A DNA stretch of 64,000 nt from positions 105,306-169,305 of the forward strand of contig CAYGIH010000001.1 in assembly GCA_964349945.1 (NCBI GenBank), in the 5' to 3' direction. The translations under genes and the position numbers were made by a program. Shown one piece after another: positions 9,613 through 17,961 of this stretch (its first letter is position 1; each line of letters begins with the position of its first letter). Source of the stretch: an uncultured Candidatus Saccharibacteria bacterium (lineage in GTDB: Bacteria > Patescibacteriota > Minisyncoccia > Phycocordibacterales > Zambryskibacteraceae). Under the pieces are notes generated by a model, which did not search any database, was not told where the DNA came from, and saw only the letters and a list, made by a program, of their open reading frames with translations.

Positions 9613-10596
9613 ATGAAAATTTTAACTGTCAATGTAGGAAGTGAATCAAAGAAGTACACATTGTTTGTAGATGACAAAGAGATTTGGAATGTTCACATAG
9701 AGGAGCGTGATGGACAAATCGGAGAGGATAAATTAAATGAACAGTTTGATTGTATTGCCTTTCGAGTAGTGGCTCCGGGGACATATTTTAGGGAACACAG
9801 ACTAATAGGTGAGGAATTCTTTAGACAACTTACGGTGGCCAGGGAAAAGGCCCCCCTCCACATAGACAGAACTTTTATTGAGATACAGTTTTTCAAGAGT
9901 CGATTCCCTAATACTAAGATGGTGGCTATTTCTGATTCAGCCTTTCACTCGACCCTTCCTGACTATGCACGACTTTATGCCTTACCACTCGATGATGCTA
10001 AGAAGTTTGATATAGAACATTTTGGATACCACGGCATCTCACTCTCATCTATTGTTGAAAAATTGAAAGCAGAAAATAATTTGAAGGACAGAATTATTGT
10101 TTGTCACCTCGGCGGAGGTTCAAGCATTACAGCGATAAAGGAAGGTAAAAGTATTGATACCTCTATGGGCTTCACTCCACTTTCTGGTTTAACTATGGCG
10201 ACGAGGGTAGGGGAAATTGATGCTGGGGCACTTGTTTATCTCTCGGAAGTGAAAAATCTACACGGAGAAAGATTTGAAGAATATCTTGGTAATCAATGTG
10301 GCTTCCTAGGCTTCGCTGGGACTCCAAGTATGAAGCAACTACTTGATGAAGAAAAGACAAATGAAAGGGCAGAGCAAGTTATAAGGATGTTTGTCTATCA
10401 AGTGCAGAAATATATTGGGGCTTATGCTGTGGCACTTGGTGGTTTGGATTTATTGGTTTTCTCCGGAGGCATCGGTGAACCATCTGAGCCTATCCGCTCA
10501 AAAATTCTTGCTGGTATTGGTGCTCTAAAGGAAAATGTTTTAGTTGTGCCTACGGACGAAGCAGGGGAGATGAATAGAATTGCAAAGGGGATATAA
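9613..10596 (+). CDS. ackA: acetate kinase (short form)
   Basis: MKILTVNVGSESKKY… resembles the ILVLNCGSSS N-terminus. HLGGGSSITAIKEGKSIDTSMGFTPLSGLTMATRVGEIDAG is the acetate/propionate kinase signature. Immediately downstream of xfp. Confidence 0.8.
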   Translation: MKILTVNVGSESKKYTLFVDDKEIWNVHIEERDGQIGEDKLNEQFDCIAFRVVAPGTYFREHRLIGEEFFRQLTVAREKAPLHIDRTFIEIQFFKSRFPNTKMVAISDSAFHSTLPDYARLYALPLDDAKKFDIEHFGYHGISLSSIVEKLKAENNLKDRIIVCHLGGGSSITAIKEGKSIDTSMGFTPLSGLTMATRVGEIDAGALVYLSEVKNLHGERFEEYLGNQCGFLGFAGTPSMKQLLDEEKTNERAEQVIRMFVYQVQKYIGAYAVALGGLDLLVFSGGIGEPSEPIRSKILAGIGALKENVLVVPTDEAGEMNRIAKGI

Positions 10597-10629
10597 ACAT
10601 TCCAACATTCTTGAGAATGTAGGAATGTT
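10596..10629. other. long near-perfect hairpin (15-bp arms) at the ackA stop
   Basis: aacattccaacattc-ttga-gaatgtaggaatgtt. Confidence 0.5.
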
Positions 10630-10640
10630 TGATATGAAAA

Positions 10641-10667
10641 AAGACCCATATTATACTCGTGGGTCTT
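10641..10667 (-). terminator. rho-independent terminator for the minus-strand gene ending at 10685
   Basis: aagaccca…tgggtctt hairpin, with a T-run on the minus strand. Confidence 0.5.
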
Positions 10668-10684
10668 CTACGAGGGTGATTTGT

Positions 10685-10927
10685 TCAGATGTGAGCGGGG
10701 CGGAGCTCGCATTCACGCACACCGAAGCCAAATTTCCTTTCGAGGAATTCGATCACATATTCTGGTTCTCCTTGTGACCATTCCCCGGGTGATTTGAGCC
10801 GAGTGATTCGGCAACGTTTGTTGTCATTGATTCTGACACCAGACGTGCCTCGGTTTATGAATATGCAAACCTGACCAACATGATATCTGTGCCGAACTGG
10901 TTCATCAGCTGTCATGCTGATCTCCAT
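10685..10927 (-). CDS. hypothetical protein (elevated-GC gene)
   Basis: 80-aa ORF. Overlaps the upstream gene by 23 nt. GC is clearly above background. Confidence 0.4.
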   Translation of the reverse strand: MEISMTADEPVRHRYHVGQVCIFINRGTSGVRINDNKRCRITRLKSPGEWSQGEPEYVIEFLERKFGFGVRECELRPAHI

Positions 10928-11276
10928 CGTAAGGCGCGATTTTCAGCTCACGCTTGAGTCGCCTCTCTCGCTCTTCGAGGTGGTAGAGCTGGACTCGATC
11001 GCTGTCAATTGCAGCAGAACGCTTGGCTCGACGGGCATTCCAGGCATCTGTGCTGTAGTCTTCGGCTCTGTCCATACTTCGGACATCAGCGGTCATCTGG
11101 ATGATGCTCGTACTAAACTCGAGAATTCGCTTCTGAACATCTGCGAGTTCGGTCTGCTTCTTTTCAACCTTGCGCTTCTTGTACTCTCGCACCGCGTCCT
11201 TGATGACACCAGAGCTGAGAAGTAGAATTGCAAGGACAAACAGCAGAACAAAGATGTCGATCACGTAGCGCATCAT
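10905..11276 (-). CDS. hypothetical membrane-anchored coiled-coil protein (elevated-GC gene)
   Basis: N-terminal transmembrane segment (VIDIFVLLFVLAILLL) followed by a charged coiled-coil region. 123 aa. Confidence 0.45.
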   Translation of the reverse strand: MMRYVIDIFVLLFVLAILLLSSGVIKDAVREYKKRKVEKKQTELADVQKRILEFSTSIIQMTADVRSMDRAEDYSTDAWNARRAKRSAAIDSDRVQLYHLEERERRLKRELKIAPYDGDQHDS

Positions 11277-11424
11277 GTTGCCTCTGGCCGAAGCCGTAGG
11301 GGAATGAACGAAAAGAACTTTGTTGTAATTTTAGCATAAATTTCTTCAAAGTCAAGTTTGATTTATATATAAAAAAGTCCATGCTTAGAGGAAGTAAATT
11401 CGCTTATAAATAACAATAAAAACA

Positions 11425-11688
11425 ATGATAGACCCAACCAAACTAGACTTGAATCAATTACCAAAGAAATTCTGCGATGGAGCCATTGGGGCGTATGGGA
11501 AGGACCTTTTCTCTTTCGTCCTCACTTCTGGGAACAACCTCGACTCCTTCGCCACCACTCCGCAAGTGATGAAAAGCATAGCCGTTTGGATGAATGGCCA
11601 AATCCAAGATTATGAAAAGAAATTTGGAGTCATAGACATGACCCCTCCTTCAATCCAAAGCCCGATTCAAATTGCGGATTTGAAATAA
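11425..11688 (+). CDS. DUF3467-like small protein
   Basis: …PQVMKSIAVWMNGQIQDYEKKFGVI… resembles the conserved C-terminal block of DUF3467 proteins. Confidence 0.5.
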   Translation: MIDPTKLDLNQLPKKFCDGAIGAYGKDLFSFVLTSGNNLDSFATTPQVMKSIAVWMNGQIQDYEKKFGVIDMTPPSIQSPIQIADLK

Positions 11689-11726
11689 ACTGATGCAAGG
11701 ACAGTCCTTGCTTAATGTTCATGTTG

Positions 11727-11762
11727 ACAACATTGTTTTAAGTGCTACTATAAAAATGTGAA
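11727..11762 (+). promoter_or_regulatory. sigma70-like promoter (TTGACA … TATAAA)
   Basis: ttgaca-N17/19-(c)tataaa. Lies upstream of the leader ORF and the MFS gene. Confidence 0.4.
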
Positions 11763-11778
11763 AGCAATAATAAACATT

Positions 11779-11889
11779 ATGAATAAGCGTCTTATGAACC
11801 TAGAAGCCTTCTGGGGTTATAAGCCTGTATCTGTCACTCATGACAATACACTTACGCTCAGTCGTGATGTTTCTCATTTGCAAAGTTAA
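11779..11889 (+). other. putative 36-codon leader peptide ORF (MNKRLMNLEAFWGYKPVSVTHDNTLTLSRDVSHLQS)
   Basis: ATG…TAA ORF between the promoter and the attenuator hairpins. Not in the ORF track because it is under 60 aa. Confidence 0.35.
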
Positions 11890-11918
11890 AATCTCCTATT
11901 AATTAGCACCTAGAAATC

Positions 11919-11963
11919 TCCCGACTGGACGAAAGTCGGGATTTTTCGTCCCAATTTGTCCAG
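11919..11963 (+). promoter_or_regulatory. attenuator-like alternative hairpins (terminator/antiterminator) in the 5' leader of the MFS transporter gene
   Basis: cccgac…gtcggg followed by aTTTTTcg. Overlapping alternative pairings ggacgaaa/tttcgtcc and ctggac/gtccag. RBS aggag lies just upstream of the ATG at 12005. Confidence 0.45.
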
Positions 11964-12004
11964 TAATTGTTCTTTTACTAGCTAACCACACACAGGAGCG
12001 AACA

Positions 12005-13195
12005 ATGTTAAAGAAATTGATTCGGCAGTACTATCTCTTGTCGTTCCTGTTCTCAGCAGGCGGCATGGCGATCATCAGTGCGACGTACGTCACTTTCCTC
12101 ATTCACAACGGTTTGAATTTGTTCGAAGTGAATTTGGTCAATGCGATTTTCTTTTTCACCCTCTTTATCTGCGAGATTCCAACCGGAGCCTTCGCAGATA
12201 TTTTCGGGAGGAAGCAATCGTTCGTGATGGCTTGTGCCATCACATCTCTCTCGATGTTTGTGTACGGTTTGTCCCATACATTTTGGGGCTTTGCTCTTGC
12301 AGAAAGTTTGGCCGCAGTTGGCAACACTTTCAGGAGCGGTGCCTTTCAAGCATGGTTCGTGGACAGCCTGAAGCATCATGGTTATGAAGGTTCTTATACC
12401 AAGCTTTTTGGGAGGGAGAGTCTTTATAATCGAGTCGGTGGCGGTCTCGGTTCTATCACTGGAGCTTATATCGCCGTTGTGAATCCCGCGTATCCATGGT
12501 TTTTGGGCGGGAGCATTATGTTCGTGATGACACTCATTGCCCTCAAGGTGATGAAGGAAGAATATTTTGTCCGACAGAGTTTCTCTTGGAAGAATGGTTT
12601 GAACAAGATGCTCGAGGTGGCGAAGACCAGTGTTCACTATGGAGCCACCCACAAGCCAGTGAGGTTTATCCTCATCGTCACCTTCATCGAGATCTATGCT
12701 GTGCAGGCCATCAACATGTACTGGCAACCGTTCTTTAGGCAGAGTGGAGTGAATGAACAACATCTTGGATTTCTTTTCTCTGGGATGATGCTCATGGTTG
12801 CACTCGGTGCCTACCTCGTCTCTCGGATGAACACAGAGGGCAAGGAACGAGTGATGATACTCTGGTCCATGATGTTCGTCGGGGTGATGATTTGGATAGC
12901 TTCTTTGTCACCTTGGCTCTCTGGAGCTATCCTTGCTTTCCTTCTCCACGAAGGAGGTAGGGGATTTTGGAATCCGATGAGCGACAGCTATCTCCAACAG
13001 AGGATTCCCTCCGAGGAGCGGGCAACCATCTCTTCATTCTGTTCGACGGCTCCGCACATCGGTGGGGCAGTCGGGCTCCTCGTGAGCGGTGGTATTGCCC
13101 AGATGTTTGGGATAACTGCTTCGTGGATGGTGGGTGGTGCGGTGCTCGTAGTCGGAGCATTTCTCGTTCGTAAAAACGGTTATGATTCGACCTAG
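12005..13195 (+). CDS. MFS transporter, drug:H+ antiporter-like (elevated-GC gene)
   Basis: 12-TM protein of 396 aa with MFS motif A (GAFADIFGRKQSF). GC about 50% against a background of about 35%. Confidence 0.75.
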   Translation: MLKKLIRQYYLLSFLFSAGGMAIISATYVTFLIHNGLNLFEVNLVNAIFFFTLFICEIPTGAFADIFGRKQSFVMACAITSLSMFVYGLSHTFWGFALAESLAAVGNTFRSGAFQAWFVDSLKHHGYEGSYTKLFGRESLYNRVGGGLGSITGAYIAVVNPAYPWFLGGSIMFVMTLIALKVMKEEYFVRQSFSWKNGLNKMLEVAKTSVHYGATHKPVRFILIVTFIEIYAVQAINMYWQPFFRQSGVNEQHLGFLFSGMMLMVALGAYLVSRMNTEGKERVMILWSMMFVGVMIWIASLSPWLSGAILAFLLHEGGRGFWNPMSDSYLQQRIPSEERATISSFCSTAPHIGGAVGLLVSGGIAQMFGITASWMVGGAVLVVGAFLVRKNGYDST

Positions 13196-13201
13196 AAACT
13201 C

Positions 13202-13233
13202 AAACGGTTTGTCCAACGACAAACCGTTTTTTA
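13202..13233 (+). terminator. rho-independent terminator
   Basis: aaacggtttgtc-caac-gacaaaccgttt followed by tttt. Confidence 0.7.
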
Positions 13234-13343
13234 TTACAATTTTATGGCTTAACAGAGGGATATTTATGCTTGACTTTTATAATTAAATATGTTTATATAC
13301 TCGTAGAGTAATTGCACGCCAACCACCATCAGAGGGCTCGAAA

Positions 13344-13634
13344 ATGGGAGAAAAGAAACGGCTACTGCTCCTCGTCGAAGAACTTCCTTCCCAGATGAGA
13401 TCGGTTATCAAGGCATTTCATCCGACCGCGGGAGGGTTCATCGTCGAGGAAGCCAGTTCCGAACATGATGTTGAACAGGTGGGTGGGCAAACCAAACAAG
13501 ACGGGATGCTCATCACTAGCTATCAGCAACGCAAGACTGGTGAACTGTTTTTCCGTGTTGTTGACACGCGGGATAACTGGAGCACCAAGTGGTACAGGGC
13601 GCTCGCCCTCACACAACAAACTCAAATCGCCTAG
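13344..13634 (+). CDS. hypothetical protein (elevated-GC gene)
   Basis: 96-aa ORF followed directly by a terminator. The overlapping antisense ORF 13362-13625 is considered spurious. Confidence 0.4.
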   Translation: MGEKKRLLLLVEELPSQMRSVIKAFHPTAGGFIVEEASSEHDVEQVGGQTKQDGMLITSYQQRKTGELFFRVVDTRDNWSTKWYRALALTQQTQIA

Positions 13635-13654
13635 ATAATTAGGCGATTTTTTTT
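13627..13654. terminator. bidirectional terminator
   Basis: tcgcct-agataatt-aggcga followed by T8. Confidence 0.6.
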
Positions 13655-14711
13655 ATGCAGTTTTGGGGATAGGGAATTCTTGGGTTTCTTGTGTAGGAGC
13701 GATTTTTTGAAATTCTTTTATCATATCTATTTTGCTCAAATAATTTCTGTATACATCCACATAATTTCCATTTTGTATTTCATAGCTAGCATAATTTCTA
13801 GATTGCTTACCTTTGTATTCATATGCAGGTGTAGTGAGACTGTGTGATTTGAAATAAGAATCATGAATACCCAAAGAGTTTCCAGCATCTATTGGTTCAA
13901 CACATGCTACCCAGCTTCTTCCCATCATGTCTGTTCCAAAGGTATATAAAACTGTTTTATCATTTGAATAAAAACTTGAAAGTATTATGTTTCCATATAA
14001 AAAGTTTTCTTGAGTCCAAGTATCAAAAGGATGTTCAAAATCTGGTGCGTGGCTATCTGAAACCTTGACATCTTCTGGTGCCAATCTGGGTTCAGTTTCT
14101 TTTGTTTCGTTAATTACTAGTTCTATTGGTTTACTTGGAATTCTTCTTCTGTAAGTTGTGTTTTCTAATCTTTCTTCGACTAAATTTTTTGATGTTGAAT
14201 AAAATATTTTCATAGAGTCTTCTTGGGTTTCAACAGGGTCAGTATTTTGAGCAAGATAAGATAAAACTCTTTGGATTGAATGTGTGACAGAGACATTTTG
14301 TTCATCATGTCCCTTATCAAATAATTGCAATGCGGGTATGTTTATATAACTGGGCAAGTATTTAAAAACTCCATGAGAATTACTCAAATAATAACTACGA
14401 GCAGTGTAAGTATTGTTTCCTTCTTTTGTATAACCTATAAATGCAATCCTGTTGTCATCAATAATAAATGGACGAGAAAAAGCGAAAATCCTCTCATAAC
14501 CTTCAAACATTATCGCATAAGGCTCCACCCCATTTCTTTTATACATTTCTGGATCTTTAGGATCTTTTTCTCCGGCATGAATTTGGGTTTTGGACAAAAT
14601 CATTTCAGCCATTTCATCTGAAAGAAGCTCAAGCTTTACTTTGGTGCCGGTAGTGCTCTCAAATCTTAAATCTGTTTTTGAACCTTCGTTATTTTCTGGA
14701 AGTTTCTCCAT
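13653..14711 (-). CDS. hypothetical protein (352 aa, soluble, no recognisable motifs)
   Basis: Long ORF with AT-rich codon usage, no transmembrane segment or signal peptide. Adjacent to a tRNA cluster. Confidence 0.55.
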   Translation of the reverse strand: MEKLPENNEGSKTDLRFESTTGTKVKLELLSDEMAEMILSKTQIHAGEKDPKDPEMYKRNGVEPYAIMFEGYERIFAFSRPFIIDDNRIAFIGYTKEGNNTYTARSYYLSNSHGVFKYLPSYINIPALQLFDKGHDEQNVSVTHSIQRVLSYLAQNTDPVETQEDSMKIFYSTSKNLVEERLENTTYRRRIPSKPIELVINETKETEPRLAPEDVKVSDSHAPDFEHPFDTWTQENFLYGNIILSSFYSNDKTVLYTFGTDMMGRSWVACVEPIDAGNSLGIHDSYFKSHSLTTPAYEYKGKQSRNYASYEIQNGNYVDVYRNYLSKIDMIKEFQKIAPTQETQEFPIPKTA

Positions 14712-14718
14712 AAATTTG

Positions 14719-14790
14719 TGACCCTACAGAGAGTCGAACTCTGCTTCCATCCTTGAAAAGGATGTGTCCTAACCGATAGACGATAGGGCC
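14719..14790 (-). tRNA. tRNA-Glu (anticodon TTC)
   Basis: The reverse complement folds as a cloverleaf. Anticodon loop TTTTCAA, T-loop GTTCGACTC. No CCA encoded. Confidence 0.8.
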
Positions 14791-14853
14791 TTAATAACCG
14801 AAATATAGTAACATTTTTGGTCAAAAAGGCAATAAATGCTAATGTAGGAGCAC

Positions 14854-14940
14854 GGAAGAGTGGCTGAGTGGTTGAAGGCACCGGTTTCGAAAACCGGCAT
14901 GGGGGAAACCCCATCGAGAGTTCAAATCTCTCCTCTTCCG
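14854..14940 (+). tRNA. tRNA-Ser (anticodon CGA)
   Basis: Acceptor GGAAGAG/CTCTTCC, anticodon arm CCGGT-TTCGAAA-ACCGG, long variable arm, T-loop TTCAAAT. Confidence 0.85.
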
Positions 14941-14973
14941 CAGATTTGGATTTTGGTATAGAGTAGCCATATT

Positions 14974-15046
14974 GCGCGGTTAGCTCAGTTGGTAGAGCGC
15001 GTCATTGACGTTGACGATGTCAGAGGTTCGAGTCCTCTACCGCGCA
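14974..15046 (+). tRNA. tRNA-Val (anticodon GAC)
   Basis: GCGCGGT…TAGCTCAGTTGGTAGAGC…CGTCA-TTGACGT-TGACG…GGTTCGAGTCC…ACCGCGC-A. Confidence 0.85.
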
Positions 15047-15149
15047 CAGTAAATAGTTTTACTGTGCTTGAGGACTCGAAAAGGTTCTCCTATATTTTTG
15101 AAAAACTCTGTTTTGAAAAAATAGGAAACCTGTACTGAAGCAGTAGGCT

Positions 15150-15173
15150 TCGAGTCCTCTACCGCGCACTCGT
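15150..15173 (+). repeat. direct repeat of the tRNA-Val 3' end (att-like remnant)
   Basis: TTCGAGTCCTCTACCGCGCAC recurs about 105 bp downstream of the tRNA-Val 3' end. An inverted partial copy (GAGGACTCGAA) lies at about 15091. Confidence 0.6.
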
Positions 15174-15186
15174 ATATAATAGGTAG

Positions 15187-16131
15187 ATGAGTTTTGTGAG
15201 GAAATATTTTTTGTGGGTCATATTATTTGCATCATTTGGATATGCATATTTTGGACATATCCCTCAACCTTGTGACAAGCCGATAGAATACAAACTTGGA
15301 GTTTTTGATGAACGTTTTAAGGTATCGAAGACAGACTTCTTAGCTTCTATAAAAAGTGCCGAGAATCATTGGGAGAAGGCGACAGGGAAGAATTTGTTTG
15401 AATACAGTGAGCAAGGTGAACTCGTAGTTAATCTTGTCTATGATGATAGACAAGCCACTACTCAAAAAAATCAAATTCTTGAATTAAACGCGAACCAGAA
15501 CAAAGAATCCGCAGACTCCATCAAGGTAGAGCTTGATAAATTAGAAAATCAATATGAAATAAACAAGAATAGTTACCTTAGTTTCCTAGAGACCTTTAAG
15601 GCTCGAGAATCCAAGTATTCTACAGAGGTCAGTTATTATAATGCTCGAGGTGGTGCACCTAAATCGGAGTACAACAGACTAATACAAGAGAAGCAAAGTT
15701 TGGATGAACAGGGTGTAATTCTGGAATCAAAAAGAATCGCTTTGAATAATTTGAGTAATGAGATAAATGATTTGGTTAAAAAGCATAATGTCTTTGTGGC
15801 AGACGCGAATGAGAATATTAATACTTTAAACCAAACTGCGGGTAAGGAATTTAACGAAGGGGAATATATTATGGATAGAAATGGGGAAAGAATAAATATT
15901 TATGAATTCACTTCAAAAACAAAGTTGGTGAGAATCCTCGAACACGAGCTCGGCCACGCCCTTGGACTCGAGCATGGGCAAGATTCAAATGCCATAATGT
16001 ATTACCTTAATCAAGGCGAGAATTTGATTCCAACCACAGAAGATAAAATGGCAGTAGAGAAGGCTTGTGCAGTCAGCAAAACCTATTTACAAAAAGCGTT
16101 TGATATGATACAATCTATACAGATTAGGTGA
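15187..16131 (+). CDS. membrane-anchored zinc metalloprotease, matrixin/metzincin-like (HExxHxxGxxH)
   Basis: N-terminal transmembrane segment, central coiled coil, and a C-terminal ILEHELGHALGLEHGQDSNAIMYY zinc-binding motif with a Met-turn-like residue. Confidence 0.65.
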   Translation: MSFVRKYFLWVILFASFGYAYFGHIPQPCDKPIEYKLGVFDERFKVSKTDFLASIKSAENHWEKATGKNLFEYSEQGELVVNLVYDDRQATTQKNQILELNANQNKESADSIKVELDKLENQYEINKNSYLSFLETFKARESKYSTEVSYYNARGGAPKSEYNRLIQEKQSLDEQGVILESKRIALNNLSNEINDLVKKHNVFVADANENINTLNQTAGKEFNEGEYIMDRNGERINIYEFTSKTKLVRILEHELGHALGLEHGQDSNAIMYYLNQGENLIPTTEDKMAVEKACAVSKTYLQKAFDMIQSIQIR

Positions 16132-16169
16132 ACCAAGAAGTTCCACCACGTACATTGTGAGGTAACACC

Positions 16170-16934
16170 ATGAGGACGAGAATCGTGTTTCTGGGCCTGC
16201 TTTTGGCCCTTGTAGCACCACTCGGGGCGCAGACGGGCAAGCCGTTTGTGAAGTTCCCGCAGACGAAGGAAAGCCTCGCTCGAGCCATCGAGTACGGCCA
16301 GGACGGCGACATGAAGGTTCTCAACATCACCGCGACGGACTTCGTCAAGGAGATGAATGAGATCTACAATCTCAAGTTGGAAAATCGCGAAGACCTCGCG
16401 AATCACTTGAGAAGCTTGACTGAGATGAGGTTGCCTCAGGGCATCTCGATTCACTTCGGTCGTTTGATCGGTTCCAAGCCTGACGACAAGGGTTGGGAGA
16501 GACCCGCGCATGAGAATGAGTATGGGCTCTTAAACAAGGTGACCCAGCGCATTGAATTGTCGTTGTGGTGTGGCAACCCGACGCCCGGACTTTTGTTCGA
16601 ACCGAAAGTACCCGAGCGATTGGTGATGACTCAGGTCGAGTCACCTGAACCGGCACCTGTGTCTTCGGCACCAACGACGACGAACGCTCAAGTGGGTATC
16701 ACCACACCGACCAAGGTCGAAGTGGTGGTCTCAGGAGAAGTCAAACTCACTCCGAACACTTCGAGACGTGAGACTCATCGCAGAGTTGAGCGGAGCCACT
16801 GGTCCCGCAACTGGGGCTGGTACGTTGGGAGCTTGATCACTGGCGTCGTAGGCTACTACGCCATCGACAACAACCCTCAATGGTTCAGAAGGAGTAGGGA
16901 TGTCATTGACATTGACATCAAACTGCACCGATGA
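16170..16934 (+). CDS. secreted hypothetical protein (elevated-GC gene)
   Basis: Signal peptide MRTRIVFLGLLLALVAPLGAQ. GC about 58%. No known motifs. Confidence 0.5.
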   Translation: MRTRIVFLGLLLALVAPLGAQTGKPFVKFPQTKESLARAIEYGQDGDMKVLNITATDFVKEMNEIYNLKLENREDLANHLRSLTEMRLPQGISIHFGRLIGSKPDDKGWERPAHENEYGLLNKVTQRIELSLWCGNPTPGLLFEPKVPERLVMTQVESPEPAPVSSAPTTTNAQVGITTPTKVEVVVSGEVKLTPNTSRRETHRRVERSHWSRNWGWYVGSLITGVVGYYAIDNNPQWFRRSRDVIDIDIKLHR

Positions 16935-16940
16935 CAACAC

Positions 16941-16966
16941 AGAGCGACCTCGGTCGCTCTTTTTCT
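16941..16966. terminator. bidirectional terminator
   Basis: agagcgac-ctcg-gtcgctct followed by ttttt. Confidence 0.65.
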
Positions 16967-17893
16967 TTAGTTAGTTTTGTGAACGTATAAATAAATATCT
17001 TCTAAGGCCTTCACAGCGTCCCCTGCAGCAATATTGTTTTGATGATAGAGACCATCGGTGCAATCTCCAGCGGCCCAGAGTCCATCTACCACAGAGCGTT
17101 GATTTTTTGGATCTACTGGGATTTGTTTGTTTGTATTTAGTTCAACTAATCCTAGGACGAGTTGTGTAGTAGGGACGAGACCTATTTCTACAAATATTCC
17201 AGTGACATTTAATTCCTTATCTTCTCCAGTGGTTAAATCTGTATAAACAAGAGAGGTGACGAATTGTTCTCCTTTAATCTCTTTAGGCACTGCATTTTTT
17301 ATTAAAGTGAATTTTGGATTTTTTAAAACTGCTTCGATTGTTGATTCATCGGCCCTTAACACATCACTACGGACTAGCATGGTGACAGACTTCGCATAAG
17401 CGAGGAGTTGAGCTGCTGATTCAAAGCCTGCATTACCTGCACCGATGACAACTACGTCTTGGTCAGAGAACATTGGGCCATCACAAGAAGCACAATAAGT
17501 GATACCTTTGTTCTCAAATTCTTTGGCTCCGGGTACATCTAGTTTTCTGCGAGTAGAACCGGTAGTAATGAGAACAGTTTTGGCTTCAAGTGTTTCCTTG
17601 TTTGTTTCAACTTTAAAAATATTATCTGTTTTTGAAATTCTAGTGACTCTTTCACCAAGTTTAATATCTACATAATTTTCTGCATAAGCACGGAGATGTT
17701 GTTCAAGTTGCTTGCCCAAATCTATACCAGAGATTTTCACCGTGCCTATCCAGTTTTCTACTCCGACTGATTCAGTAGACTGACCCCCAATTGATTCGGC
17801 TATGAGAACTGTTTTGAGTCTTTTCCTCGCTGCATAAACACCTGCAGAAACTCCTGCTGGACCACCACCAACAATTATTAAATCGTATACCAT
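16967..17893 (-). CDS. trxB: thioredoxin-disulfide reductase
   Basis: FAD-binding GGGPAG, redox-active CASCDG, NAD(P)-binding GAGNAGFE. 308 aa. Confidence 0.85.
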   Translation of the reverse strand: MVYDLIIVGGGPAGVSAGVYAARKRLKTVLIAESIGGQSTESVGVENWIGTVKISGIDLGKQLEQHLRAYAENYVDIKLGERVTRISKTDNIFKVETNKETLEAKTVLITTGSTRRKLDVPGAKEFENKGITYCASCDGPMFSDQDVVVIGAGNAGFESAAQLLAYAKSVTMLVRSDVLRADESTIEAVLKNPKFTLIKNAVPKEIKGEQFVTSLVYTDLTTGEDKELNVTGIFVEIGLVPTTQLVLGLVELNTNKQIPVDPKNQRSVVDGLWAAGDCTDGLYHQNNIAAGDAVKALEDIYLYVHKTN

Positions 17894-17961
17894 AGTTCGT
17901 CTAGAATAACAGAAAAATTTTTAAATGAAAAATCCGCTCCTATGTACTAGGAGCGGATTAT

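Noticed and set aside
12053-13222. Minus-strand ORFs 12053-12763, 12927-13160 and 13034-13222, and short + ORFs within the MFS gene
   Set aside because: High-GC DNA generates long chance ORFs. The + strand encodes a coherent 12-TM MFS protein with motif A, while the antisense translations are Arg/His-rich junk.
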